Origin: an uncultured bacterium
GTDB taxonomy: Bacteria; Patescibacteriota; Minisyncoccia; UBA6257; 2-01-FULL-56-20
Assembly (NCBI GenBank): GCA_963696395.1
Contig: CAVOJZ010000002.1
Coordinates: forward strand, 656,344 to 720,343
DNA: 64,000 nt
Reading direction: 5' to 3'
Part shown: one piece after another, positions 48,780 to 57,113 of the stretch
How positions within the stretch are numbered: position 1 is the first letter of the stretch
How the letters are laid out: each line of letters starts with the position of its first letter
The notes under the pieces: generated by a model
What the model was told of the DNA's origin: nothing
Database searches by the model: none
The model's input: only the letters and a program-made list of their open reading frames with translations
Program-made: the position numbers and the translations under genes

Positions 48780-50324
48780 ATGAAACGTTTCCTCGCTGTA
48801 CACATGAAAGCGGTTGCGTGGACGATGGTAGGGCTCATTGCAATAGGTGCTGTTTGGTACATTGTCGTAAACCGCGAGCCCATTCTCGGAACCTATATGG
48901 TGAGCAGTGGCAGTGTGGCGGGTTCGCTCAATGAGCCGGGAATCGTGACGGTTCAGAATGACGCGAGTCTTGCATTCCAGGAGTCCGGGCAGATTGCGCA
49001 CGTGTACGTACGTGAGGGCGATGCCGTCACCGCGGGTGAGGTACTTGCCGATCTTAACCTTTCCACCCTGCGAACAGGAGTCGCGCAAGCGAGCGCCGCG
49101 CTCGCAGCCGCGCAAGCAAAGCTCGCGGAATTGCAAACCGGCGCCACGACGCAACAGATCGCGGTGTCTCAGACCGCGCTTAATTCGGCGCAACAGGCGA
49201 TTGCGAACACGTATACCTCTATCCCAAATACCGCGAATGACGCATACGCCAAAGCGAACGACGCGGTGCGGAACCAACTCGCTCCGTTCTTCGCGAACGC
49301 CGAGCAGGATAATCCTCAGCTTACGTTCCAGATTACCGACGCAAACCTCCTTAACAGCCTCCAGAGTTCCAGGCTTGCCGCGAGCACAGAATTAAATGCT
49401 TGGCAGACGGAACTTGCGAGTACGACCGTTAACGCTTCAGACGCCACTCTCGACGGAGTTCTTGCAGATGCCGCGAAGCATCTCGGCGTGATTCAGAATC
49501 TCATGCAGCTTGTAAACGTGGCGCTCACAGAAGAAACCGGACTGAATGCCACTACGCTTGCGACATACAAGACCATGGCAACAATGGCGACAACCGAAAT
49601 CAATGAAGCTATTACGGAAGTGACCGGCGCGCAGCAGGCGATAGCTTCCGAAAATGCCGCGATCGCCCAGGCGCAGGCGGGCCTTGCTCTCACAACGGCG
49701 AGTTCGACGCCGCAAGAAATCGACGCCCAAGAAGCGACCGTTGCCCAGGCACAGGCCGCAGCGTCTGCGGCACAACTGGCGCTCGATAACGGTGCGCTCA
49801 CTGCGCCATTTTCGGGAACGGTGCAAAATCTCACTGCGCAGGTGGGACAGGTGGTTTCGCCTTCCGCACCTGTGGCGCAGGTAGTAAGTAATGGCGATTT
49901 TACCATCCAGGCGTATGTATCCGAACTCGATGTCGCGAAGGTAGCGGTAGGAGACAGCGCAAGCGTGACACTTGATGCGTTCGGTAATGGAACGGCTTTC
50001 CCCGCAACGGTGACTGCAATTGATAGCGCGCAAACTGCCGTGAACGGGGTGCCGTCCTATCTCGTCACGCTTCATTTTATAAACGCCGAGCCACAAGTAA
50101 CAGCAGGCATGACGGGGAACGTGAATATCGTTCTAACAGAGGCGAGTAATACCATTGCGATTCCTAGCCGTCTTATTCTGAATGATGGCAATCAGGATTT
50201 CGTACTTCTTAAGAAGGGTTCTGCCATCGTGCGGCAGCCCGTGCAGATCGGCATTGTAGGTGGCGATGGCATGACGGAGATCGAGTCGGGCCTCACGAAC
50301 GGCGACACGCTTGCGAATTACTAA
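48780..50324 (+). CDS. Efflux membrane-fusion (adaptor) protein
   Basis: N-terminal TM, lipoyl-like SGQIAHVYVREGD, long coiled coil, LTAPFSGTV, GMTGNV. Confidence 0.85.
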   Translation: MKRFLAVHMKAVAWTMVGLIAIGAVWYIVVNREPILGTYMVSSGSVAGSLNEPGIVTVQNDASLAFQESGQIAHVYVREGDAVTAGEVLADLNLSTLRTGVAQASAALAAAQAKLAELQTGATTQQIAVSQTALNSAQQAIANTYTSIPNTANDAYAKANDAVRNQLAPFFANAEQDNPQLTFQITDANLLNSLQSSRLAASTELNAWQTELASTTVNASDATLDGVLADAAKHLGVIQNLMQLVNVALTEETGLNATTLATYKTMATMATTEINEAITEVTGAQQAIASENAAIAQAQAGLALTTASSTPQEIDAQEATVAQAQAAASAAQLALDNGALTAPFSGTVQNLTAQVGQVVSPSAPVAQVVSNGDFTIQAYVSELDVAKVAVGDSASVTLDAFGNGTAFPATVTAIDSAQTAVNGVPSYLVTLHFINAEPQVTAGMTGNVNIVLTEASNTIAIPSRLILNDGNQDFVLLKKGSAIVRQPVQIGIVGGDGMTEIESGLTNGDTLANY

Positions 50325-50325
50325 T

Positions 50326-50970
50326 ATGAATGAGGATATAACCACCAATCAGCAAAGGGCAAGACAAAATAGGCGAACCGTGATATGGGCGATTGTCGCG
50401 GCCCTTGCGATCGTGATCGGCGCATACTGGTACGTAGCGGCACAAACCGTCTATATCGATCTTTCGCAAGTGCAGGCACCCATTATCAGTCTTGCGCCAT
50501 CAATTTCCGGACAGCTTCAGGCAGTGTTCGTCAACGTGGGGAGTGCGGTGACCCCAAACCAACCCGTGGCGCGCGTCGGCGGTCAAATCGTTGAAGCACA
50601 AACCACCGGAGAAATAGTCTCGGTTGATGAAAATATCGGAGAATATGAGAATGCCATGACCGGCCAGGGTGCGGTTGCCACTATGATTGAACCGACTCAA
50701 CTTCGCGTCGTCGGCGAGATCGATGAAGATAAGGGCCTTTCGGCGATTAAAGTAGGCGATGTGGCGAAGTTTACCGTAGATGCATTCGGCTCGAAAGAAT
50801 ATTATGGCGTGGTGGACGAGATCGGTCAAATTTCCGCATCGAGTGTCACATCCAACGTCTTCGATCAGCGCCCAACGAACCGCTTTGATGTTTACGTTCG
50901 CTTTGATCCGTCACGCTATCCTGAACTTAAAGATGGCATGTCGGCACGAATTTGGGTATATACCCATTAG
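50326..50970 (+). CDS. Short HlyD/EmrA-like membrane-fusion protein
   Basis: TM; SGQLQAVFVNVG; IKVGD.A.FTVDAF; LKDGMSA. Confidence 0.8.
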   Translation: MNEDITTNQQRARQNRRTVIWAIVAALAIVIGAYWYVAAQTVYIDLSQVQAPIISLAPSISGQLQAVFVNVGSAVTPNQPVARVGGQIVEAQTTGEIVSVDENIGEYENAMTGQGAVATMIEPTQLRVVGEIDEDKGLSAIKVGDVAKFTVDAFGSKEYYGVVDEIGQISASSVTSNVFDQRPTNRFDVYVRFDPSRYPELKDGMSARIWVYTH

Positions 50971-51054
50971 AGTCATATCGGACCATCCCGGTTTCTGTGA
51001 AAACGCGGCCTTATCATTTATCTCCAAAGTCATATTGATCCATAGGGTTCTAGT

Positions 51055-51130
51055 GGGCGAAGCACTAAGCTGGCGCTTTGGACCTGGGATAGCAAAGATT
51101 CTAGCTCAACAAAGGTTGGGCTATTTTCTT
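51055..51130 (+). repeat. Boundary repeat R5 (full form)
   Basis: gggcgaagcactaagctggcgctttggacctgggatagcaaagattctagctcaacaaaggttgggctattttctt. Confidence 0.85.
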
Positions 51131-51171
51131 ATGGATCGAGAACAAACAAAGCAAAGTGGTAAAATGAAACA

Positions 51172-54100
51172 ATGGGCAAACGATTTTCTGGGCGGCGTCA
51201 CCTCTCCGTTATCTCGGTAATCATCGTTTGTGTTTCTGCTCTTGGCGGTTTAGGAATCGTGACTCACATTGCCCACGCTGATATCACGAGCAACTTATTG
51301 GCATATTGGAAGTTTGATGATGGCAGTGGCACGATCGCCGCCGACAGCTCCGGTAATGGCTATACGGGAACGTTATATAACAATCCAACGTGGACCACGG
51401 GCGAGATCAATGGAGCGCTTTCCTTTAATGGGGCCAACCAGTACGTTCAGACCGGAAACAATCTGACGATTGGCGGCACCAATTTTACCGTGAGTGCATG
51501 GATCAAAGGAACAAATACCGTGATCTCACAGAGAGCAAGCGGAGCGGGTACCGCTCAATGGATCGTAGACATAGGGAACACCGTGAGCTTCTACAGCGAT
51601 AAAAATCCCTGGCTTTCCGGTACTATTCATCTTGTTTCGGGCCAATGGAACCAGGTTGTTGTCGTGGGAACCGCGACCAGTACTCAAATATATGTGAACG
51701 ACGTCCTCGACGTGACGGGTCCTCCTGCGTTTGACGCTTCCTCGCATCAAACCCCAACTAACAATGTTGTGATCGGCTATTCGTCGGGCACCGGCACATA
51801 CTTTTCCGGTGCGATCGACGACGTCCGCATCTATAATCGAACCCTCTTCGCGACGGACATCGCCCAGCTTTATTCTTACAACGGGGGATCGGTCGTCCCT
51901 CCTTCCGCGCCCGTCAATCTGGCCGCGACCGGCGTGACGTCGTCAACGGTCAGTTTATCTTGGAGCGCGAGCGTAGCCGGAACGTATCCGATCGCCGGAT
52001 ATAAAATATATCGGGGAGGACTGCAGGTTGGGACGACGTCGGCCACTTCGTACACCGACTCCGGCCTCCAGGCATCAACCACATATTCATATGGCGTCGC
52101 GGCCTATGATTCGCAAGGGGACATTTCGAACGAGTCGAATGTGGTGACGGTAACGACTTTGCAAGCGGACGGGGGAGGCGGCAGCAATATCGTCACGGCG
52201 GCATCGTGCAATCAAAGCGATGTCCAGGCGGCGCTCAGCGTTGTATCACCCGGCGGCACGGTAGTGATACCGGCCGGGACCTGCACATGGAATGTTGCAG
52301 TCACGGTCGGCACGTCGACGTGGCAGGGTTCCAACCAGATTTTCACCGGCCAGTCGGTTACGCTTCAGGGCGCGGGGATAGACCAGACGACGATCATAGA
52401 CAACACCGACAAGACTGGTCAGAACCCGAGCGTGATCCCGAACGCTCTGTGGATCGCCACCGATGCGTCGCATTCGGTGCGGCTCACGCAAATGACGTTC
52501 ACCGGTTCCGCGACGCCCGATCCGAACAACAAAGCCATGGTTTCCGTGAATGGTTCGGGCATCATTTGGCGCATCGACCACGTGCATTTCATTCCCGATC
52601 GCGATGCCGCTATCGCCGTCAATAATACGGTCCCAGGAGGCCTCATTGACCACAATTCATTCAATCCGACCGGTTGGTATGTCAGTTTATATGTTTTCAA
52701 TGGGGGGAGCCCATTCGGAGATCAATCATGGACCCAGCCAGCCAATTTTGGATCATCAAATTTCACTTTCATTGAAGATAACACCTTTTCTGCAAGCTCG
52801 TCGGTCTTTGGCATCGATGGATGGAGCGGCGAACGAGTCGTGATACGCCATAACACATTCATTAATATGAATTACGGCGATCATGGCACCGAAACGCCGG
52901 GGCGGTTACGCGGCGCTCGAGCTCTCGAGATATATGACAACAATACAACGTTCAACGTCCAACCGGTTGGGAGATTGGTCGATATCAGGTCTGGAACCAG
53001 CTTGATCTATAACAATACGTTCACACTCAACGGGCCATCATGGTGGGCGACCAATATCGGAAGTTACCAAAACTATCGCGACTTCGGCGTCGATATGCGG
53101 GAGTATTTCGGTCAATGCGACGGAACCGCCGGTTTTGATATGAATGACGGTGTGACATACGATGCGGGAACGGCTTCGGCGGCGAGCGTGATAAGTGGCA
53201 ATACGAGCGTGACGACATTTTCAGGAAAGAATTGGACATCCAATCAATGGGTCGGATATTCGATTTTCGATACCGCTACCGCCGGTCAATATCCTCCAGA
53301 CGGCGTGAGCTCGATCATTCTCTCGAATACCACAAACACGATCACGGCGTATTATGACACCACCCATGGGCCAGGATTGACGTTCAATGCCGGAGATGGC
53401 TTCCAGATTCTTCGGGCGACGACATGTTTGGACCAGGTCGGCCGTGGGGCGGGTAATCTCATTTCTGGTTGGCCGGCGACACCTGTCGCGTGGCCGAATC
53501 AGGCACCCGAGCCGTCGTATACCTGGAACAATACTTTGGATGGCTCGACATCCGACCTCATAAGCGAATCTCCGCATGTTGTCGAAGGAAGGGATTTTTT
53601 CAATGAAGTGCAGATGCCGGGGTATATCGCTTTCACTTATCCATTCCCTCTCGATTCAAACGGTTTCCCGAATCCGTCCGGTGGTTCCGGCGGTGGAGAC
53701 ACTCAAGCCCCAACGATATCAATCACTTCCCCCGCGAACAATGCTACGGTTTCCTCGACTATCTCTGTCCAGGCCACTGCCTCAGACAATGTCGGCGTGA
53801 CCGAAGTCCAGTTCCTCCTCGATGGCTCGGTCATCGCCACCGACCTTGCTTCCCCCTACACCTGGAGCTGGAACACAGCATCGTCTACCAATGGATCCCA
53901 TACCCTCTCTGCCAAAGCCTACGATGCCGCAGGGAACGTGGGTACCGCAACGAATGTCGGTATTACCGTGGCAAATACCTCAGGCACTGAGACTTCCACC
54001 CCAAGCATTGCTTCCTTCTCCGCCAACCCCGGCACCATTACTCAAGGACAGGCATCCACCCTCTCCTGGGTCGTATCCGGGAATCCGACCCCTACGATTG

Positions 54101-54651
54101 GCATCACCCCCAATATCGGTCAGGTAAGTGGTTCATCCGTATCCGTAACTCCAAACGAAACCACGGCATATACCCTCACAGCACAAAACAATCTGGGGAT
54201 CGCAACCGCACAAACGACCGTGACGGTAGAGACGAGTGGCGGCGGAGGAGGTGGTGGTTACTCCGGAGGCGGAACCGGCTCAGGTAGTAGTTCTGGCTCT
54301 GGCTCTGGCTCTTCTTCAGATTCTTCCCCCTCTGCTCTCCAGGCTCTTCTCCAATCCCTCTTGGCAGAGCTTGAGTCCTTGATCAACGAGCTCAACACCC
54401 AGCTCGTAGCCAGCTTTACCCGAAACCTCACGATTGGGAATTCGGGAGCGGACGCCAAAAACCTCCAGATCTTCCTCAATGACAACGGCTACACCGTATC
54501 CCTATCAGGAGCTGGATCCCTCGGACATGAATCAACCTACTTTGGCGCAAAGACACAAGAAGCCTTGGCCAAGTGGCAGAAGGCTAATCATCTTCCTGCT
54601 ACCGGATTCTTTGGAGGACTGACGCGGGGGGAGATGGAGAAGCTGTACTAG
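51172..54651 (+). CDS. Large secreted surface protein P5: LamG, FN3, beta-helix passenger type C, Ig, PG-binding C-terminus
   Basis: LLAYWKFDDGSGT.AADSSGNG...FSGAIDDVRIYNR (LamG); TAASCNQSDVQAA passenger; tail near-identical to P1. Confidence 0.87.
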   Translation: MGKRFSGRRHLSVISVIIVCVSALGGLGIVTHIAHADITSNLLAYWKFDDGSGTIAADSSGNGYTGTLYNNPTWTTGEINGALSFNGANQYVQTGNNLTIGGTNFTVSAWIKGTNTVISQRASGAGTAQWIVDIGNTVSFYSDKNPWLSGTIHLVSGQWNQVVVVGTATSTQIYVNDVLDVTGPPAFDASSHQTPTNNVVIGYSSGTGTYFSGAIDDVRIYNRTLFATDIAQLYSYNGGSVVPPSAPVNLAATGVTSSTVSLSWSASVAGTYPIAGYKIYRGGLQVGTTSATSYTDSGLQASTTYSYGVAAYDSQGDISNESNVVTVTTLQADGGGGSNIVTAASCNQSDVQAALSVVSPGGTVVIPAGTCTWNVAVTVGTSTWQGSNQIFTGQSVTLQGAGIDQTTIIDNTDKTGQNPSVIPNALWIATDASHSVRLTQMTFTGSATPDPNNKAMVSVNGSGIIWRIDHVHFIPDRDAAIAVNNTVPGGLIDHNSFNPTGWYVSLYVFNGGSPFGDQSWTQPANFGSSNFTFIEDNTFSASSSVFGIDGWSGERVVIRHNTFINMNYGDHGTETPGRLRGARALEIYDNNTTFNVQPVGRLVDIRSGTSLIYNNTFTLNGPSWWATNIGSYQNYRDFGVDMREYFGQCDGTAGFDMNDGVTYDAGTASAASVISGNTSVTTFSGKNWTSNQWVGYSIFDTATAGQYPPDGVSSIILSNTTNTITAYYDTTHGPGLTFNAGDGFQILRATTCLDQVGRGAGNLISGWPATPVAWPNQAPEPSYTWNNTLDGSTSDLISESPHVVEGRDFFNEVQMPGYIAFTYPFPLDSNGFPNPSGGSGGGDTQAPTISITSPANNATVSSTISVQATASDNVGVTEVQFLLDGSVIATDLASPYTWSWNTASSTNGSHTLSAKAYDAAGNVGTATNVGITVANTSGTETSTPSIASFSANPGTITQGQASTLSWVVSGNPTPTIGITPNIGQVSGSSVSVTPNETTAYTLTAQNNLGIATAQTTVTVETSGGGGGGGYSGGGTGSGSSSGSGSGSSSDSSPSALQALLQSLLAELESLINELNTQLVASFTRNLTIGNSGADAKNLQIFLNDNGYTVSLSGAGSLGHESTYFGAKTQEALAKWQKANHLPATGFFGGLTRGEMEKLY

Positions 54652-54734
54652 AAGGAGGCAGCAAAAAAGAAATTTCCTAAGATTTTTGCCTAAAGTTCAC
54701 CGTGCATTAGGATAGTACAAATGGCCACTCATCA

Positions 54735-55169
54735 ATGAAAAAGGTAGGGAATAAAACCAAAGTTTGCAGCAGGGGACATAAGTACTCGGGCAGTGGATTA
54801 TGCCCGGTTTGCTGGCCGTCGGGGGCTGTGGATGCTTACATCCGTAAGGCGCCAAAGGGAGCACGTTCAAAATTAATGGAAATGCGAAAGACAATACGAT
54901 CGGTCGCGCCAGATGCTCTGGAAGGTATAAGTTATAAGATGCCAGCATTCGACAACGGTCGCATAGCATGGTTCGCTAGTATGAGGGGTTATATCGGGCT
55001 GTATCTCCGCCCGCCGATTATTGAGATCCACAAGAAAAAATTGGCGCGATTTAAAACTACAAAGTCCGCCATCCATTTTCCCTTGGACGAGAAGCTCCCC
55101 ATCGCACTGATTAAAAAACTTATCAGGTCACGCATGAAAACACGGAGCAAATCAGACGCGCGATATTGA
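54735..55169 (+). CDS. DUF1801/YdhG-like protein with N-terminal CxxxH-CxxC motif
   Basis: VDAYI...MRKTIRSVAPDA.EGISYKMPAF...KSAIHFPLDE.LP..LIKKL. Confidence 0.85.
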   Translation: MKKVGNKTKVCSRGHKYSGSGLCPVCWPSGAVDAYIRKAPKGARSKLMEMRKTIRSVAPDALEGISYKMPAFDNGRIAWFASMRGYIGLYLRPPIIEIHKKKLARFKTTKSAIHFPLDEKLPIALIKKLIRSRMKTRSKSDARY

Positions 55170-55187
55170 GGCAATCCGAAGTCCACC

Positions 55188-55718
55188 ATGAATGAGATCA
55201 AGCTCAATGTATGGAAAACGCTTACCTTGGATCGTTTTGATTCGGTAGATGCGATAGAAAAAGCTCTTACTCGGAAAAACATATCGGTCAGTAAATTTGC
55301 GCTGGAAGTCCTTCAAGGCATTCCGCTTGTGAAGGATCAGCAGAAGATTGAACTCATAAAGATTTCCCCAAGGTATTTGGGCTTCACAGTGAGAGATCAG
55401 GCCCAACGAGAAGTAATATTGGATCGTGCAAAGAAAATAGGGCTTCGACTCGTTCCACCGCAGGTGGGATCGCAGGTTTTACTTGAAGATCCTCAAGCTC
55501 CCAATGAGTGCGTTGAGGAAGGGATGTATATTGGCATGAATCCTGTTTCAACCGCTCGAGGAGAGTCCGGTATATTTGCAATTGAAGGGACGCTGCACGC
55601 TGAATATGACGGCGAAGGTAGGGGTCCCACCATAACGTCAGGCGTGCCCGTACTTTCGGCGAGTAGCGGTCTCGGAATTGGTTATGATCTAGATTCGGAA
55701 TGGATTTTCATGCGGTAA
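55188..55718 (+). CDS. Hypothetical protein
   Basis: Clean 176-aa ORF; no family assigned. Confidence 0.65.
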   Translation: MNEIKLNVWKTLTLDRFDSVDAIEKALTRKNISVSKFALEVLQGIPLVKDQQKIELIKISPRYLGFTVRDQAQREVILDRAKKIGLRLVPPQVGSQVLLEDPQAPNECVEEGMYIGMNPVSTARGESGIFAIEGTLHAEYDGEGRGPTITSGVPVLSASSGLGIGYDLDSEWIFMR

Positions 55719-55915
55719 TTCGGCTTAAAGGAGTTTGCACACGGGCACTGCTCAATGCCGTTTCGCTCGCCGGGAACTTAGCAATGGAAAATAAATTTGA
55801 TGAGCAATTCCTCAAGCTCGCCGATGTTTGCTATGCCGACGCACTCAATTCGGCGGTGTACGCCAGGCAGGATGTGCGGCTTTTTTATAGCGGCAGGGCT
55901 TTGTATAATGAAGGC

Positions 55916-56080
55916 ATGAAAGTGAGAAGGGTTGTTGAATTGCTCCATCATTTTTGTTGCAAGAAATGTAAGAAATGGTGGTCGATAGGTGATGCGCCGA
56001 TAAATAAGCACGTCTGGTTTTGCCCGTGGTGCGGAACGGAAAATAATTACCAATCCAAGAATGGAAGCGCGAAGCGGTAA
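55916..56080 (+). CDS. 54-aa zinc-ribbon protein, copy 2
   Basis: Paralog of 30031-30195 with the same tttgtataatgaaggc leader; stop codon lies inside R6. Confidence 0.75.
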   Translation: MKVRRVVELLHHFCCKKCKKWWSIGDAPINKHVWFCPWCGTENNYQSKNGSAKR

Positions 56081-56118
56081 CGAAGATTTTAGCTCAACAA
56101 AGGTTGGGCTATTTTCTT
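56069..56118 (+). repeat. Boundary repeat R6 (internally deleted)
   Basis: gcgaagcggtaac fused directly to gaagattttagctcaacaaaggttgggctattttctt. Confidence 0.8.
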
Positions 56119-56140
56119 GGTGGAATGTTACAATACAGTC

Positions 56141-56467
56141 ATGAATGAATCGTCGGCGAATTTTTATGAGCAATTGAAACGACAGATGAATGAAGAGCAG
56201 GACTCCAGGGAGAAAGATTTAGCTGAACTACAAAAAGAACTCGATGGTTCACGGCGGACGTTCAACTCAGTCCCAGAAAATCGCAAGCACGAGGCGGTAC
56301 AAAGGATGAAGGTAAAATTAGTGGAGATTGAAATATTGGAAAGACGGATTGAAGCATTCAAGAAAGATCCCTCTACCCGTCCCCTCCCTCTTTCTGAAGA
56401 AGAGGATCTGGCTATAAGAAAAAGGATTAGTGATATGACCGCTGAAGAAGTTTTGGCGGGAAAGTAG
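56141..56467 (+). CDS. Charged coiled-coil hypothetical protein
   Basis: E/K/R-rich ORF, leaderless behind TGTTACAAT. Confidence 0.6.
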   Translation: MNESSANFYEQLKRQMNEEQDSREKDLAELQKELDGSRRTFNSVPENRKHEAVQRMKVKLVEIEILERRIEAFKKDPSTRPLPLSEEEDLAIRKRISDMTAEEVLAGK

Positions 56468-56482
56468 CCATATATTAAAGGC

Positions 56483-57028
56483 ATGAACCTCAAAGAATTC
56501 ACCAAGTTCGTAGCGGCCATGCTGATCTCTGAAGCCGCTGGAGTTATCGGCTCGATTTATTCAATTCCAGCTATCACGACGTGGTATGTGGGACTCGCGA
56601 AAGCTCCTCTCGGTCCGCCAAATTATGTATTCGGTCCGGTTTGGATAACGCTCTACGCCCTGATTGGAATTGCACTCTATCTTGTGTGGCGGAATAGTTG
56701 GCATGTAAAGAACCACATTATCGAGGGAGATCGGCGAGCGTGGAATTCCATGTCGAAAAGATTTTGGACCGGAGATTTGCAAAAGCAAAACATTATGGCG
56801 CTCTTTGCGATTCAGTGGATTCTGAACGTGGCATGGTCGGTTATATTTTTCGGCCTGCATCAACCAGGGTGGGCCTTCTTCGAAATTATCGCGCTATGGG
56901 TTTCGATCATTTATCTTATGATCAATTTCTACCGGGTTTCAAAGTCAGCGGCATGGATTTTGGTGCCATATCTGGCATGGGTTAGCTTTGCGGCTTATTT
57001 GAATTGCTTCACCTGGATTAAAAATTAA
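56483..57028 (+). CDS. tspO: TspO/MBR tryptophan-rich sensory protein
   Basis: WY..L.K...PPNYVFGPVWITLY...LNVAWSVIFFG...PYLAWVSFAAYLN. Confidence 0.92.
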   Translation: MNLKEFTKFVAAMLISEAAGVIGSIYSIPAITTWYVGLAKAPLGPPNYVFGPVWITLYALIGIALYLVWRNSWHVKNHIIEGDRRAWNSMSKRFWTGDLQKQNIMALFAIQWILNVAWSVIFFGLHQPGWAFFEIIALWVSIIYLMINFYRVSKSAAWILVPYLAWVSFAAYLNCFTWIKN

Positions 57029-57032
57029 AGCG

Positions 57033-57063
57033 GGGGCGAAGCGCTAAAACAGCGCTTATCCCC
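57033..57063 (+). repeat. Boundary repeat R7 (single hairpin)
   Basis: ggggcgaagcgct-aaaac-agcgcttatcccc. Confidence 0.8.
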
Positions 57064-57113
57064 AAGTATTATTTCGCTCTAAAGAGGGTCGGGTAAACTG
57101 ATAGGTAAGCTAT

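Noticed and set aside
55700-55915. N-terminal extension of zinc-ribbon copy 2
   Set aside because: Homology with copy 1 starts only at the TATAAT leader. The upstream part is probably an unrelated remnant.
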